Below, in pieces: positions 45,303-58,632 of a stretch of 64,000 nucleotides of DNA (the stretch's first letter is position 1; each line of letters starts with the position of its first letter). The translations under genes were made by a program, and so were the position numbers. Source of the stretch: Podarcis muralis. Lineage: Eukaryota. Below the pieces are notes generated by a model. That model did no database searches. It saw nothing but the letters and a program-made list of their open reading frames with translations, and had not been told where the DNA came from. The stretch covers positions 58,528,001 through 58,592,000 of the forward strand of contig NC_135661.1 in NCBI RefSeq assembly GCF_964188315.1, in the 5' to 3' direction.

Positions 45303-48300
45303 AACCCATAATTCTCTTGGTGCATCAGGGGGAAAAAATCCAGGCACAACAGTTATCTAATAAAAATATCAGGACCATTAAAAAAATCACAAAGGCTTTT
45401 AAAATTTGCTCTTAATGAAGTAGTATACCATTGTTGTTCCTGTAACAATTCTACATGTTTAGAGACAACTTGTAACCTTGTTGAACAAGCCTCTATATGC
45501 TGAGTTGAATGTGGTAAACTAGGTATGACTGAATAAATTTTGGAATCAAAATCTGCTTTCTACCTTGGCAGTAAAAATATGACAATAATTTAAAAATTGT
45601 CAAGTCTTCTGCTCATTAATGATACTCCGGATCTGCTACCCAATGGGATCACCTTACTCTCCTTAGTGATAGCTTAACTCTAACTCCATGGGTTTTAATG
45701 AATTTAAACCTGCTTAAATTTAAACTGTGTTGCAATGTGTTTGTTTAACGTATGTATCTGTGATGCTGCATATGTTACTTCCTTCAAGTTCTCCTCAAAA
45801 CTCAGCTTTTCCACAAAGCTTTGGTCACCCCTTCCTTGCCCCCATGCCATACTGTAACTAAGGCTAAGTAAATACACCTGCCACCATTCTTCCCCCTATT
45901 GCATTGTTTTCTAGACTGTAACCAGCATGGGGCAGAGACTTATTCTCTTACTCTTTATAAAGTGCCATGTATATGTATAAAAAGATAGATACAAATATGG
46001 GTCTAAAATATAAATAACAAGTAATGGCTTGTTCTAAGAGAAGATTGGGGGTAGGGGAACCCTGACAGAAATACACTGACCAGAACAGCTATATTAAGTG
46101 AATAAATAAATATACTTTGAGCATGTGTTGTATTGCGTTTTGACAAATGGAGAGCAAATGAGCTAGATGTGGGTTTTTTGTTTTGTTTTGCTTTGTTTTG
46201 TTTTTTGCCAGGCTACTTAAGTACCAAGGGGTCAGTTGGAGGGGAAACTATGTTGCTTTAAGTCATTGATTACTGAAAAGAGGGCAGCTTTTTTTATTTT
46301 AATTGAAAATGCTGACGCAGCCTCAGATGTACAGAAGAGAGTGCCCAAATGAGCTCGCATGCACGCTCTGCAAGATGGCTGAGGATGGATCAAAATATCA
46401 CAGCAGGCAAGGGATATTATTGAGGGCCCTGGTTTCCAAGCAAGCAAGCGTTGTAGAGTAGAGTCATCCCCTGAAGGAAGAGGGTGTGTGCAGCAGCTGT
46501 CCACAGATGAAAGACCTCTTCACAAGATAAGGCTTGGGTGAATGTGCACTGTGTCAAAATGGCAGAGAAGGAGGTGTTTAATCTGCTGTCCTTAAGAATG
46601 TGGGGCGCCTGAACAACTTAAAGAGGTAAATGTTCTGAAATAGAATCAGCTGTAGTGAAATACCCGATGGGCAATGTGAGCAGCACATTGAAGGGCCAGT
46701 TGGGTAACATGCACTTTAACAAGGGGAGCAGGGAAACTTCCATGGAATATTTAATGGGAGAGCACCTGCAGGGTGGCCCTGCCATCAGGATGTCAGAGGA
46801 GGAGACAAAGGACACATCCCAGGGGCACTAGCCCCCTGCCCTCCAGAGGCCCATTGACATTTCAGTAAGGTTGGTACAGGAGAGCTTCATGGCAGATGGT
46901 ACCCTACCTCCTGTTAAGTTGTTGGGGAAGGGAGTGCCATTTCCATGTTCTACTTCAGCTCTGAGCACCACTGGAGATTATTTTCAGAGATAAACCTTCT
47001 CTTTTCCCAAATAAGGCATTTTTCCACCCTTGTGAAAACAGCAAAGTGAAGCAGCCTTCACTTCCATGCTTGCTATTTCTGAATTAGAACCGGAATCTGT
47101 CACCAATCATCTATCTAGCAGCAGCACGATTCCTTCCTTGTGAATATTTTTTCACAGGCAAATGGTCTCGCTTTCCACCCAGGCAGATTCAGACAGTCCC
47201 TGCTTCTCCCCCCTCCTCTCTGTAGCAGGCTGTCGTGCATCCAGGCTGATATTTCTTACTTGGGCAAAGAAAAGAAACGTACAAAGCCAGGGGAGACAGC
47301 CTCTTTCTCAGTGGTCCAACAGCGGGTGAAGGCACTGTACCTTTCTTCCTTTTTCCAGTCAGGCCTGCGCTGGCCACAAATGGTCTGGTAGGCAACCTAA
47401 CTGAGCCCACCCTTAATAAACCTGATGCTTTCGAATCTGAATTATTCTCCAACCACACCCCGTTTCCAAAACCGTTAGGTTGCTCCCCTCTCCCCCTTAA
47501 ATGAGCCTAGTCCTTTTTAGCTGGGAGCATCTCCTTTCCAGCTACTAGAACAGAAAAGAGAGCCCACGCTCACCAATGAATGGTAGCAATTTAGCTCTTC
47601 TTACCTTTCTCTCCAGGAACCAAGTTCCTTGTGCCCCCGGCCGGACAGGGTTTTGGCATGGGGTGGGTGTGAGGTTATTAATAAACAGTGCAAGAAACCG
47701 GAGCCCCCGGGGCCACCCCCACCTCAGTCTCTCTGGAAACGGCTGTGCAATTCTAGTGGAAAGGCTGACACCAGATCCCTGCCTACGGAGTGGGGGGGTG
47801 GGGGAGGAGGCGGGGAAGAGGAGGCGGCCGGCTGGCAGGCCTCTCCACTCGCCTCCCAGTGCCAGAGGCAGAGTGGTTGGCGCTTGGCTCTGTCTGAACT
47901 TTCAGCAGCGGCAAGAGGAAGGCTGTGTTGGGAGGGGCTGGGAAGGAGCAAGCCTCTTTAACCCTCTCTAGTTCCATCACCCCCCCCCCCTTTGCATGTA
48001 TGTTGGCAGCCACATGTGAATGCTTACATGAAATACAGGAATGTCTAGAAACTGAGGAGACACCTGTGCATGCCAAGGGTCATGGATGTGTGCTTTCCAG
48101 TACTCGCTCCTGTTATGTTCCCAAGGTGTGGTGGGCAGGAAGACTAAATGTCTGGTTTTGTGATGGGAGAGGGAGAGGGGGAGAGGAGGAAAGGATGAGA
48201 CCAGAGTAGTAATGGGTGGGTGTTAGGAAATGCATAGCCTTGCTGCGCAATCTTTTGTATGCCAGCTCAGTCCCACTGCGTTCTGTAGGGCTGCTTCTTA

Positions 48301-48312
48301 GGTAGGCATGTA

Positions 48313-48695
48313 CAGTGGTACCTCGGGTTACAGACGCTTCAGGTTACAGACGCTTCAGGTTACAGACTCTGCTAACCCAGAAATAGTACCTCGGGTTAAG
48401 AACTTTGCTTCAGGATGAGAACAGAAATTGTGCGGTGGCAGCGGGAGGCCCCATTAGCTAAAGTGGTACCTCAGGTTAAGAACAGTTTCATGTTAAGAAC
48501 GGACCTCCAGAACGAATTAAGTTCTTAGAATCATAGAAACATAGAATCATAGAGTTGGAATAGACCACAAGGGCCATCGAGTCCAACCCCCTGCCAAGCA
48601 GGAAACACCATCAGAGCACTCCTGACATATGGTTGTCAAGCCTCTGCTTAAAGACCTCCAAAGAAGGAGACTCCTCTTAACCAGAGGTACCACTG
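48313..48695. mobile_element. pogo/Tigger-like MITE interrupted by CR1
   Basis: TIR CAGTGGTACCTCGGGTTA / TAACCAGAGGTACCACTG with TA TSDs. Same family as 53444 and 58415. Confidence 0.88.
48528..48674 (-). mobile_element. CR1 3' fragment nested in the MITE
   Basis: Reverse CR1 tail (GAATCATAGAAACATAGAATCATAGAGTTGGAA...GTCCAACCCCCTG), flanked by duplicated TCTTA. Confidence 0.85.
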
Positions 48696-50181
48696 TAATA
48701 GGATTGCAGGTTAAGAATGAACTTTAATTGGGCAAAGATGACTAAGGTAGCAAGCTCTAAAGGGTGGCTGGCAAAATATGAGGGGTTTGAAGGAGCAGAA
48801 GGCATCACAGAGGAGTGGCAGGAGAACAGTCCTAGTATTACTGTACATTAATATGGCATCATCCCTGCAAAAGGCATTTGGCCTTATGTAGCTCCCCCAA
48901 GCCCTACTTGCTAACTGAGCTCTTCCTGCCTGGAGGACAATTGTCCAGGCAGCAAAATGCATCATTCAACACCCACGGGCAATAAGCCCGCCCTGCTGCT
49001 GCTGCTCAGTCCTCCTCACTCAGCTTTCTTCAGCTTCCTTGTCCAGGGATAAGGTTACTCGCCCTGGCTTGCTCCCTTCTTGGCTTTGAATTTCAGGTCA
49101 GAAGTGCAGTTGCACTGTGAACCCATGCCTCTCTTGGCTAACTACACAAAGCATATTTAAGAGGAATAAAGGGTTATTTTTTAAAATAATAATAAAACAC
49201 CGAGTAGTGCAAGCCACATGTCTCTCCCCTCTATTTGTGGAGGCGTTTGACTCAATAGCGTAGGAATGCTGTTAACTTGAACAATGTTTCGTGTGTGTAT
49301 AAATACCCACCTAAATCTATCTAACGTTAAAACTGCCAGCAAGGTTACCAGTGAGGGTCAGCTGGGCTGGTAGAAAAGAGCCTTCTATGGCATAAAAATA
49401 ACAAAAAAGGAGTCAACTTGTGAAATGGCAAGCCCAGACACCTCTTTCTAGTTTATCCTAGAAATAACCTGTTTGGGGAAGGGGAGTAGAGGGACATGGG
49501 AACTGTTGTGGGCTGCAATCAGATGCCTTGAGTTAGCCCTGCTGCTCTCTGTTTGTGGACATAGCTAGCAACCAGATGGTGGTGTGTCATCTGCAGGGGA
49601 AGGGGGTAAGCAAGATGATAAAGCCTGAGGCGATGACCATTTCCAAGGACAATGCAACTTATGGCAGATTCAGAACGTGCTGTGCTCCAGAAGCAGAGAT
49701 AGCCCTGTCCTAGGGAAAAATGTAGTGGTAAATTTTGGACAGCAGAGTGGGGTTTAGGAGAATTGGGGCAGGAAGGGAAGTACTTAGAAAATGAGTTTAG
49801 TGGCAACCCTACCCGCTAGGGGACTAGGTAATATCAGTAATTTGAATAGGCAATTCTCCTTCAGACCCTAGTTTAAACACTCTTCATTAAATTTTCTGTA
49901 GTATTTCCCCACTAAGCCACATTTAAAGGAACAGCCCTATAATACACTTTTGTACCTAGCCAGTATATAGGAGTTTGGTGCACTAACTTTTTGCCCAATT
50001 TGAGCCTTCATGAGTTCAGAATGACTGGAAGAGATCTGCAATGTACTGAAATAATTTGTGAGCGCATCATGGAAAAGATGCAAATTAGATAGCACAAAAT
50101 GTAGATAGAATGAATCTTGTTACTCAGGTTCTACTTAAGCAAGAAAAATTAGCTCCCAGAGCCCTGATATTTGATCTACTA

Positions 50182-50319
50182 GTGCATGGTCTGGTTGTTG
50201 CATACTTTCAAAGAGCTGGATAAATGGATAAAACTTTGGTGTATAACAGACAGTTCCTACATCAAATTTTTATCCATCTATCCTGCTCTTTGAAAGTATG
50301 CAACAATCAGACCATGCAC
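50182..50319. repeat. Foldback inverted repeat (MITE-like)
   Basis: About 60-bp arms GTGCATGGTCTGGTTGTTGCATACTTTCAAAGAGC... / ...GCTCTTTGAAAGTATGCAACAATCAGACCATGCAC, flanked by TA on both sides. Confidence 0.8.
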
Positions 50320-51671
50320 TATTAGGACGGAATAGATTTTATCACCCACCCACTGACATTTTCTATCAGTGACAACACTCACAGTACCTTTCTGCTCTGT
50401 GTGTGATGTGTTTTGCTTCGTGTGAACTAGCCAAAGTCAGTGCATAGATGTTTAAGAATTCTTTAATACTGACAACTGCACATTCCTTCACAGGAAAGCC
50501 ATATTTTCCTTATTTGGCAGCATTAAAGAAAACCTGCATGCACATAGCTAATGAAAACAAAATTATCATGTATAACTATCTAACAGGGTAGGAATCAATG
50601 CTTTCAGTGAGGATAAGTTATATGGAAGCAAAGTTGTAAACAAACAAACAAACAAGGTACAGCCAATATAACACCCACCACTATAAAGTAACACATTAGT
50701 TTAACTACACACATTGCAGAGAGAAAGGAATGTTGCTACAACAAGCCAATTTGAAATGGAGAGCAGAGGAATAAAAATCCACAGAACTAAAACGGTGCAA
50801 AATCATAACATTGTTTAGAAAACTGGGTATGTAAAAAGGCATCTGCTTGGTGCTGGAATGATATTAAAGTAGCCATTTTGGGATGGTGTTCCACAACTAA
50901 GGGACCACTGCTGAAAAGTTCCTCACCTGGTTGTATCTCACCTGGCATCAACACACAAAGGAGCCCCAGGTGATGATCTCAGGGTCCAGGAGCATGTGAG
51001 ATGAGGCAATACTTCAGGTACCAAGGACACAGGCCATGAATAGCTTCAACAGTCAAAACCAGCAGTTTAAATTGAGCCTGGAGATTGACTAGGAGTCAGT
51101 GAAGGTGATAAGCATAATATTTCCATAACAACCTGCCCAGTCCTCATTAGCACCCAGGCAGCGATAATTTCTACCAACTAAAGTTCCTGGGTTGTTTTCA
51201 AAAGTAGCTCCACATACAACAACAGGAGATTATCAGGGCATGGATAATTGAAGCTGCATTCTGTCCAGGTAGGGCTGTAGCTGGTGCAGCAGTCTAAGGC
51301 TCTGGGTGCTCCAAGCCTCAGAGGCCACGTGCCCCTAATGACAAAGGTGGGTTGACAAGCACCCCAAAGCTTCAGACCTGTCATTTTAGGGGAGAGCTGG
51401 GGGACAACTTCTGGCCCTCCAGATGTTGGGTTAAACACCTGTTATCCCTGATCATTGGCCGTGCTGGGTGATAGCAACACTTTAACAGTCGTTGGTACAA
51501 TTAATGAACAGCCTAGCTGGAATGCAATGATCTCATTCACATGTAACATTAAGCCAAACTATGGCTTAGTACAAATCAGCAAATGTGTGTGCTGCTGAAA
51601 ACGATACCATGGCCACATTGTTCCTCCTGTAGTGAATCTGCTGCTTGCATTGCACTGACCTAAGTTGTGGT

Positions 51672-51995
51672 TTCATAGAATTGTAGTCTTGGAAGGGACT
51701 CCGATGGTCATCTAGTCCAACCCCTGCCATGCAGGAATCTCAGCTAAAGCATCCATGACAGCCATCCATCCTCTGCTTTAAAACCTGCAGTGAAGGAGAT
51801 TCCACTGTTCTACTGTCAAACAGCTCTTACTGTCAGAAAGTTCTTCCTAACATTTAGTTGGAATCTCATTTCTTGTCATTTGAATCCATTGGTTCAGACC
51901 TGGCCCTCTGGAGCAGCAGGAAACAAGCTTGCTCCTTCTTCCCTGTGACAGCCCTTTAGATATTTGAAGATGGCTATCACACCTCTTCTCAGGTT
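51672..51995 (-). mobile_element. CR1 LINE 3' fragment
   Basis: Translation IFKYLKGCHREEGASLFPAAPEG (CR1 ORF2 C-terminus) and tail TCATAGAATTGTAGTCTTGGAAGGGAC. Confidence 0.85.
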
Positions 51996-52063
51996 CCTGC
52001 AAAATACTGACAGTCTGAAGGGGCTGAGGGAGAGAGAGGTGGTGCCATGGGGAGTTGCAGGTA

Positions 52064-52205
52064 CAGTGGATGCTCGTGTTGCGAACGTGATCCGTGTGGG
52101 AGGCACGTTCGCAACCCACAGCACTGCGTCTGCGCATGCACGGGTTGCGATTTGGCACTTCTGCGCATGCGCAACCTGAAGCGTCTGTAACCCGAGGTAC
52201 GACTG
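52064..52205. mobile_element. Short pogo/Tigger-like MITE
   Basis: TA-flanked CAGTGGATGCTCGTGTTGC ... GTAACCCGAGGTACGACTG. Confidence 0.7.
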
Positions 52206-52725
52206 TATAAGGAAGAGTCTTAAACTGCACTCCTTTATCCAAATTTCCAATTATCTAGTCAGCAACTCTTTCGGAGAATGGCCTATAATATCCTTTTCTC
52301 AGGTGACCAGCCACTTAAGCACATTTGGCACAAATGAGGTTTTCTTCCACCTCCTCCACACCCTTTCCTCAAGCCCAGCAGAAGCATTCATTCTGTTGGT
52401 TGTCCTGCACCTCTTCCCTGTATCTCCCTTCTTCTTCCTTCTCCTCCTTCCATCATCAGCCAACTGCATTTTCAGCCTTCCAAGTCATTAAGCAAAATCG
52501 ATTTGTATTTAGCAATCTCTGTGGCTCGCTGCTAGCTAGAGACTCCCCACCTCCAGCTCCTCCTCCACAAGGAGGTTTGTGTGCAAACCACACTCCATTG
52601 GCAAATCAAGATCCGCTGATTTAATTGCTTCATTTTCTTCAGACTGACTTCCACAACCATGAAAAAGAGAGAACACAAAGCTTGCCTCTTTCCGTCCAAA
52701 TCCTTGCTCTTTTGTCTTTTGTCTT

Positions 52726-52728
<3 letters not shown>

Positions 52729-52756
<28 letters not shown>
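52729..52756. repeat. (CT)n microsatellite
   Basis: About 14 CT units. Confidence 0.95.
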
Positions 52757-52760
<4 letters not shown>

Positions 52761-53443
52761 TCTCCCATATCGCCTGCCAAAATAAGGCAGAATCACACAC
52801 ACATTTACAGTATAGTAGAGAAGTTAGTCTGCAGTCTCCATCTTCGAACTTCATAGCAATAACATCCAACCTTGTTGTTGTGGTTGTTGTGGTTGTTATT
52901 TCTGGTTTGATTTTTAGTTTTCCTCATCCCCCTGCCCCTTGCCTTGCATAGCATCTTGCCTGATGAAGAATTCTGCAAAAACCTGACACATATTTGTGAC
53001 TTTTTAGTTGGTACTGATAAAGTTACTATCCAATTCTGGGTTATTTATGTCAGTCATCCATTTGACTTGCTATGGTTCTGGGGCATTGTTGTTTGATGAG
53101 GGTACTGGGAATTATTTGCTTAAATATCTCATGCCCACCTGCCCCACAGAATTCCCAGAGCTGCTTAGTGAAAGGGAATGACTGTCACACCAGTGTATAT
53201 GCCTGTAGTGCAGCCTTCCCCAGCCTGCCGCTGCCCCCCTCCCCAGGCAATGATGGCTGGGGCTAATGGGAGCTGTAGATCAGAACACCCGGTGGGAGAA
53301 GGCTGCTGCAGTGTCCGTCACCCCAAGATCCACTACCACCCTATGCATGTTCTTAGCACTCCATTGGTTTACCCAGCGGTGACCCTGCTATGGCACAACT
53401 CCTGGGGCGTGGCTGCTATTTTCAGGTGGGATGTAATCACATA

Positions 53444-53685
53444 CAGTGGTACCTTGGGTTATATACACTTCAGGTTACATACGCTTCAGGTTACAGACTC
53501 CACTAACCCAGAAATAGTACCTCAGGTTAAGAACTTTGCTTCAGAATGAGAACAGAAATCGTGCAGCAGCGGCACAGCGGCAGCGGGAGGCCCTGTTAGC
53601 TAAAGTGGTGCTTCAGGTTACGAACAGTTTCAGGTTAAGAACGGACCTCCAGAACGAATTAAGTTCTTAACCCGAGGTACCACTG
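53444..53685. mobile_element. pogo/Tigger-like MITE
   Basis: CAGTGGTACCTTGGGTTA ... TAACCCGAGGTACCACTG. 5' TA present; 3' TA mutated to CA. Confidence 0.88.
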
Positions 53686-54495
53686 CACCAGCAAATTCAG
53701 GTAGGGCAGTTAAAGTTGATTTGGCGTTCTTGCAGAAGAAATCTGTTTCCTGCTCTAAACTGGACTTTTTTCAATAATGAAAGTAACGGCAAATTGCATG
53801 GGAAGGTGTCTCATGACAGTTGTTTGATGCCACATTGCATAGCCTCCAGATGAGCAAACTGGAATGAATGCTCAGTGAACAGCTGGCATAATGTAAACTC
53901 CCTGCAAATATCAGGATGAATGCTGAATGAGCAGGTTGTCTGGAAGCAACCTTTTCATTTAAATGGAGCCCTTTCACTCTTTTACCCCAGGTGTAGAGAT
54001 CTCCCCCTTTAGTGTTCCTCCTTCTTTGCTGTCTCCCTTTCCTGATTCCATCAGAGCTCTTCAGTGATTGTTTCCCTCATTTTCTGTGTGCTGTTTTTAC
54101 TGCCGCTGGCTGCTGGGAGGTGCAGGCAGAAAATGGGGCTTGGATCTTCTCCAGTTTTTCAGGCGGAACTTTAAGTCCCGCCATTATTCACCCTTCAGCT
54201 TTTTGCTTCTGCTGCAGGGGAAGCCCAGCCCATCCATTACAGAACAGTTGTTATTTATGTAATTGCAGAAGCACTTAAGGCTCAGGGTTGGCATCCACAG
54301 ACTAAGCGAAAAGGGAAAGTTGTATCAAGAGGCACCCTGAGAACAGGTTCAGCATAACAGCAAACCACCCCTTGCCAGGCCCTCATTGCCAAGAGGTAGT
54401 CAAACGGCTTTCTCTCAGCCTCAGCCCACACACACCCGCCCAATACTCAGCAAACAAATTAGACATGGCCTACCAAACAGGGTTGTTGTAAGGAC

Positions 54496-54612
54496 TCATA
54501 GAATTGGAGAGTTGGAGGGGACCCTGAGGATCATCTAGTCCAACCCCTGGCAATACAGGAATCTCAATTAGATCATACAGGATAGATGGCCATCCAACCT
54601 CTGCTTTAAAAC
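54496..54612 (-). mobile_element. CR1 3' fragment
   Basis: TCATAGAATTGGAGAGTTGGAGGGGACCCTGAGGATCATCTAGTCCAACCCC reverse CR1 tail. Confidence 0.75.
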
Positions 54613-56406
54613 TCAGGACAAAAGGGAGAACAAGCTAAGAGGAAGGCGCTTTTTGGCAAACCCTCACCATGATCAACTCCTGCCTGGAAACCTATGTCCC
54701 CACTGTGGAAGGATGTGTGGATCCAGAATTGGCCTCCACAGTCACCTACGGACTCACTGCTAAGACTGTTCATGGAAGGCAATCTTACTCGGCTATGAGT
54801 GATCGCCAAAGAAGAAGAAGCTTAAAAACCTGCAAGGAAGGAGAGTCCAAAACCTCCCAAGGGCGTCTGTTCCACTGTCTATGCTTATGAAGTGTTTTAT
54901 GCTGCAACAATAATTTTTCTTCTTCAAAAATGTGACATAAATAGTCTCATATTTACTTGAAACACTTATAACAATATTATCCTGCCTTTCCTCCAAGAAG
55001 CATGGTCCTACACCCCCATTTTATTCTCATAACAACCCTGTGAGGTAGGTTAGGATGCAGGTAGTTACTGGTCCAAGGCTGCTTCCACTATGGTACTACA
55101 AGCTTCCCCAACCTGGTGCCCTCCAGATGATTTGGGGTACAATACCACCAGCCCCAGCCACCATGATCCACAGAGAGCATTAGAGTGATTTTGTTCTAGC
55201 AGAGCTCTTCCTGTGACTTCATGTTGAGGGTTCGTAAAGGAATTCCACAAGGGGGACTTTTCTTGCCCTACAAACAGAGTGGTCAGAGGAAGCCTAGGAC
55301 AGGCCCCCTAAGGGTTGTGTAGTAGAAGAGGGGATTTTGGCAGGGTCAGCTGCTTGCATGGCCAATATCCAAAGGGCCCTGGCCTCATTTTCCTCTGGTC
55401 ATCCTACACAGAAATGAAGGGAAGGGCTGGGAAAGTGCCCAAAGGCAGGAGAGTCAGCTCCCTGGGGTCTCAGTTCTCAGTCAGGAGGGTACCGCAGATA
55501 TGGATGATTGGTCCCTTTCCCACTAGGGGAAATGCTTTGCTCAGCTGCCTTTAGCCAGCTTTCCTACTTCACCTGAATGCTGCAGGCCCAGGAGATGCCC
55601 TGGAATCATGACTTTCTCCCTCTGCCTGTTCCTGAGAGAAGAGGCTGCTGATAACATTTGGATCATGTTCTCCTGGGGAAAATCTGAATCACCACATTTG
55701 CTGCAGCTGTCGGTGACGATTTTCCAAAGAAGGGAAGATTTGCTAGGAGAGTGGTCTCAGTTTTGCATCATGTCCAGAGTTGCAAGAGTCGCCCTTCCCA
55801 CTCTCTCTGCCTCCTCCTCCCCCTGGGACCTGGCTCTGCCCCTCCCCTCCAGAGGCTGATGCTGCTGGCAAGAAAGGCTCAGAAACAAAACATGGGCTTG
55901 CGATGAGGATTTTGGTGACCCTTTTGGGAGGTCGAGGCACCCCTTTGGCCACAAGAGGCCGCTACAGATACAGATATCGGCGGTGAGATTTTTCTCTCTG
56001 TGTGTTTGGCTCACACATAACAAAGTAAATAGAATGCAGTGGAAATGAAAGGTTTCAAGGCAATACTCGCTGGTCACTAGATCTCCCAATTCTCTACCTA
56101 AACCAGCTGCTTATCATACATTTCCTCAAATTTATCTCTTACTTTGTCAACAGTGTGAATAAATTCTGTATCCTCACCCCTTGGCCAGTTTCCCTCTCTA
56201 ATCCTAGCCTACCTCACAGGATCGTTGTGATGATGAAATAGGGAGAAGGATGGACCATGTGCACCACCCTGAATTCCTTGGAGAAAAAGTGGGATAAAAA
56301 ACACAATAAATAAAGGGTGAGAAACAGGTCAGTGGCCCAAACAGATAAAGTGGTACCCCTGAATGCTAGCATGTCAAAATTTTGCTCTCTGCCCTTTTAT
56401 TTGGGT

Positions 56407-56459
56407 GTCCATGGGGTCACGAAGAGTCGGACATGACTAAACGACTAAACAACAACAAC
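56407..56459 (+). mobile_element. Bov-B (RTE) LINE 3' end
   Basis: GTCCATGGGGTCACGAAGAGTCGGACATGACTAAACGACTAAAC followed by an (AAC)n tail. Confidence 0.8.
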
Positions 56460-56468
56460 CTGCATCAT

Positions 56469-56790
56469 AGGTAAAGGTAAAGGGACCCCTGACCACCAGG
56501 TCCAGTCGTGACCGACTCTGGGGTTGCGGCGTACATCTTCCGGGTCATGTGGCCAGCATGACTAAGCCGCTTCAGCCAAACCAGAGCAGCGCACGGAAAC
56601 GCCGTTTACCTTCCCGCTGGAGTGGTACCTATTTATCTATTTGCACTTTGACGTGCTTTTGAACTGCTAGGTTGGCAGGAGCAGGGACCGAGCAACGGGA
56701 GCTCATCCCGTCGCTGGGATTCGAACTGCTGACCTTCTGATTGGCAAGTCCTAGGCTCTGTGGTTTAAACCACAGCGCCACCCGCGTCCC
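56469..56790 (-). mobile_element. Sauria SINE, near full length
   Basis: Reverse strand starts GGGACGCGGGTGGCGCTGTGGTTTAAACCAC, has a B box GTTCGAATCC and ends in an (ACCTTT)n tail. 11-bp TSD AACCTGCATCA at 56457-56467 and 56791-56801. Confidence 0.92.
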
Positions 56791-58002
56791 AACCTGCATC
56801 ACGCACCAGGTTAAAAACATATATAATGCAAAAACAAAACTCCGAAGAAAGTGTTGCCATGTCAACAGCCACAGCTGCAAATTCTTATCAGGCTGGGTGT
56901 GGCAAGAGTATTTTCCACTCTTCCCTCCTCCTCCCCCGCCTTTCTTACCTGCCTTGGAACCCATTCAAGGATATTGGGCAACAGGTGAGCATGCAATTGG
57001 CTGCAAGACAGAGCACGGATGGGGAGGGGGCCAACTGAGCAGGCAGGAAGTCATCAAGAACAAAGGCGTCCCAGAGTGACCTGGGCTGGATATCCAAGCA
57101 GCAGGAAGGGCAGTGTGGGAGGGGACCAGAGCACAACCAATGAGGTGGGATAGGTCTAAGAGCAGCCAGCCTGATGTGCAGCTTCATCCTGACAGGGGCC
57201 ATGGCCAGGTGTAGGAAAGACTACAGGCTCTCCTGCGCCTTGAGAAATGGAGGAAATGCAATGCCGGCAGTTGTTCTTTGTCATGCAGACTGCACCTACT
57301 AAAACTGCCTATTCCACTTGGCTACTCATGTGGGAGCCCAATCCCATTTTCATTCTGGGCCTCTGGATGATGCCGGTTTGGTGAAAGTACCAGACAGGTT
57401 TGCCAATTAGCCACAGCTACAGAGACAATGTTCTTCCCCCTGTGCCTACACCGTTTTGAGCACTTAATTCTCCCCTCCCTCTTTTATAAATGCCACCATT
57501 AAAAGCACCTCAAGGACTGGATTTTGTATTGTAACTGAACTCAAAAAGAACAAACCTTTTGCCTGCAACTTTGTGATTGCAGAAAATGAGCCTACAAGGA
57601 AGGGAGACGACTCACCATGGTTTATCCATCTAATTGTCTGTCTGTCTGTCTATCTGTAGAAGTTATGTGGTTTTCTATTTTGCTAGCCCTGTTTTGGAAA
57701 ACAACAAGCTGTGGTGTGTGGATTTGTAATCAGGCCAGTGAAGAGGACTTGGCAGCTAGCTGGAGGTGTCTTAGCTCAGGGGTGCAGCACCCTCTTTGTG
57801 AGCAGAAGCCCCCGGGCATCTGCCGCTGGCATCTCCAGTCAAAAGGATCCTAGGGACCAAGACAGGGAAAGATCCTTTCCCACCTAAGATCCCAGTGAGC
57901 CAAGGAAGGCATCACTGAGTTAATGGCCCAACAGTGCAAAGCAGCCTCCCACATCAAGGCCACCACCCTGCGTTGAGTAATCATGGCAGTGTGTAATCAG
58001 AA

Positions 58003-58340
58003 CCAGTGTGGTGTAGTGGTTAGAGCAGGCTTCCTCAACCTCGGCCCTCCAGATGTTTTGAGACTACAATTCCCAGCATCCTTGACCACTGGTCCTGCTA
58101 GCTAGGGATCATGGGAGTTGTAGGCCAAAAACATCTGGAGGGCCGAGGTTGAGGAAGCCTGGGATGGAGTGTTGATCTAGGTAGGACCTGGGAGACCTGG
58201 GTTCAAATACCTACTCAGCCATGAAGCTGCCCTTTCATCAGTAATAATCTCTCAACCTAACCTTCCCCCACATGGGGATAGTGGGGTAACTGTGTATACC
58301 ACCTTGAATTCTTTGGAGGAAAGGCAGTAATAATAAATAA
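58003..58340 (+). mobile_element. tRNA-derived CORE-type SINE interrupted by a hAT MITE
   Basis: CCAGTGTGGTGTAGTGGTTAGAG head continues after the MITE as ...GGAGACCTGGGTTCAAAT...CTCAGCCATGAAGCT. Confidence 0.6.
58026..58161. mobile_element. hAT-type MITE
   Basis: TIRs CAGGCTTCCTCAACCTCGGCC / GGCCGAGGTTGAGGAAGCCTG. TSD GGTTAGAG / GGATGGAG (2 mismatches). Confidence 0.88.
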
Positions 58341-58414
58341 TTTTAACTAAATACTGCAGATGGGAAGCTGAGGCTGAGCAAGAGGAGCTTGCCTAAGACC
58401 CACCAGTGGGACTA

Positions 58415-58632
58415 CAGTGGTGCCTTGGGTTACATATGCTTCAGGTTACAGACTCCGCTAACCCAGAAATAGTGCTTCAGGTTAAGAACTTTGCTTCAGG
58501 ATGAGAACAGAAATCTTGCTACGGCAGCAGCAGGAGGCCCCATTAGCTAAAGTGGTGCTTCAGATTAAGTACAGTTTCAGGTTAAGAACGGACCTCTGGA
58601 ACAAATTAAGTACTTAACCTGAGGTACCACTG
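58415..58632. mobile_element. pogo/Tigger-like MITE
   Basis: CAGTGGTGCCTTGGGTTA ... TAACCTGAGGTACCACTG with TA TSDs. Confidence 0.88.

Noticed and set aside
55860-55990. Possible first exon of KIAA1522/NHSL3 (donor-like CG|GTGAGA near 55983)
   Set aside because: No frame resembles the NHSL3 N-termini I recall, and the phase does not fit. I could not identify any NHSL3 exon in the window.
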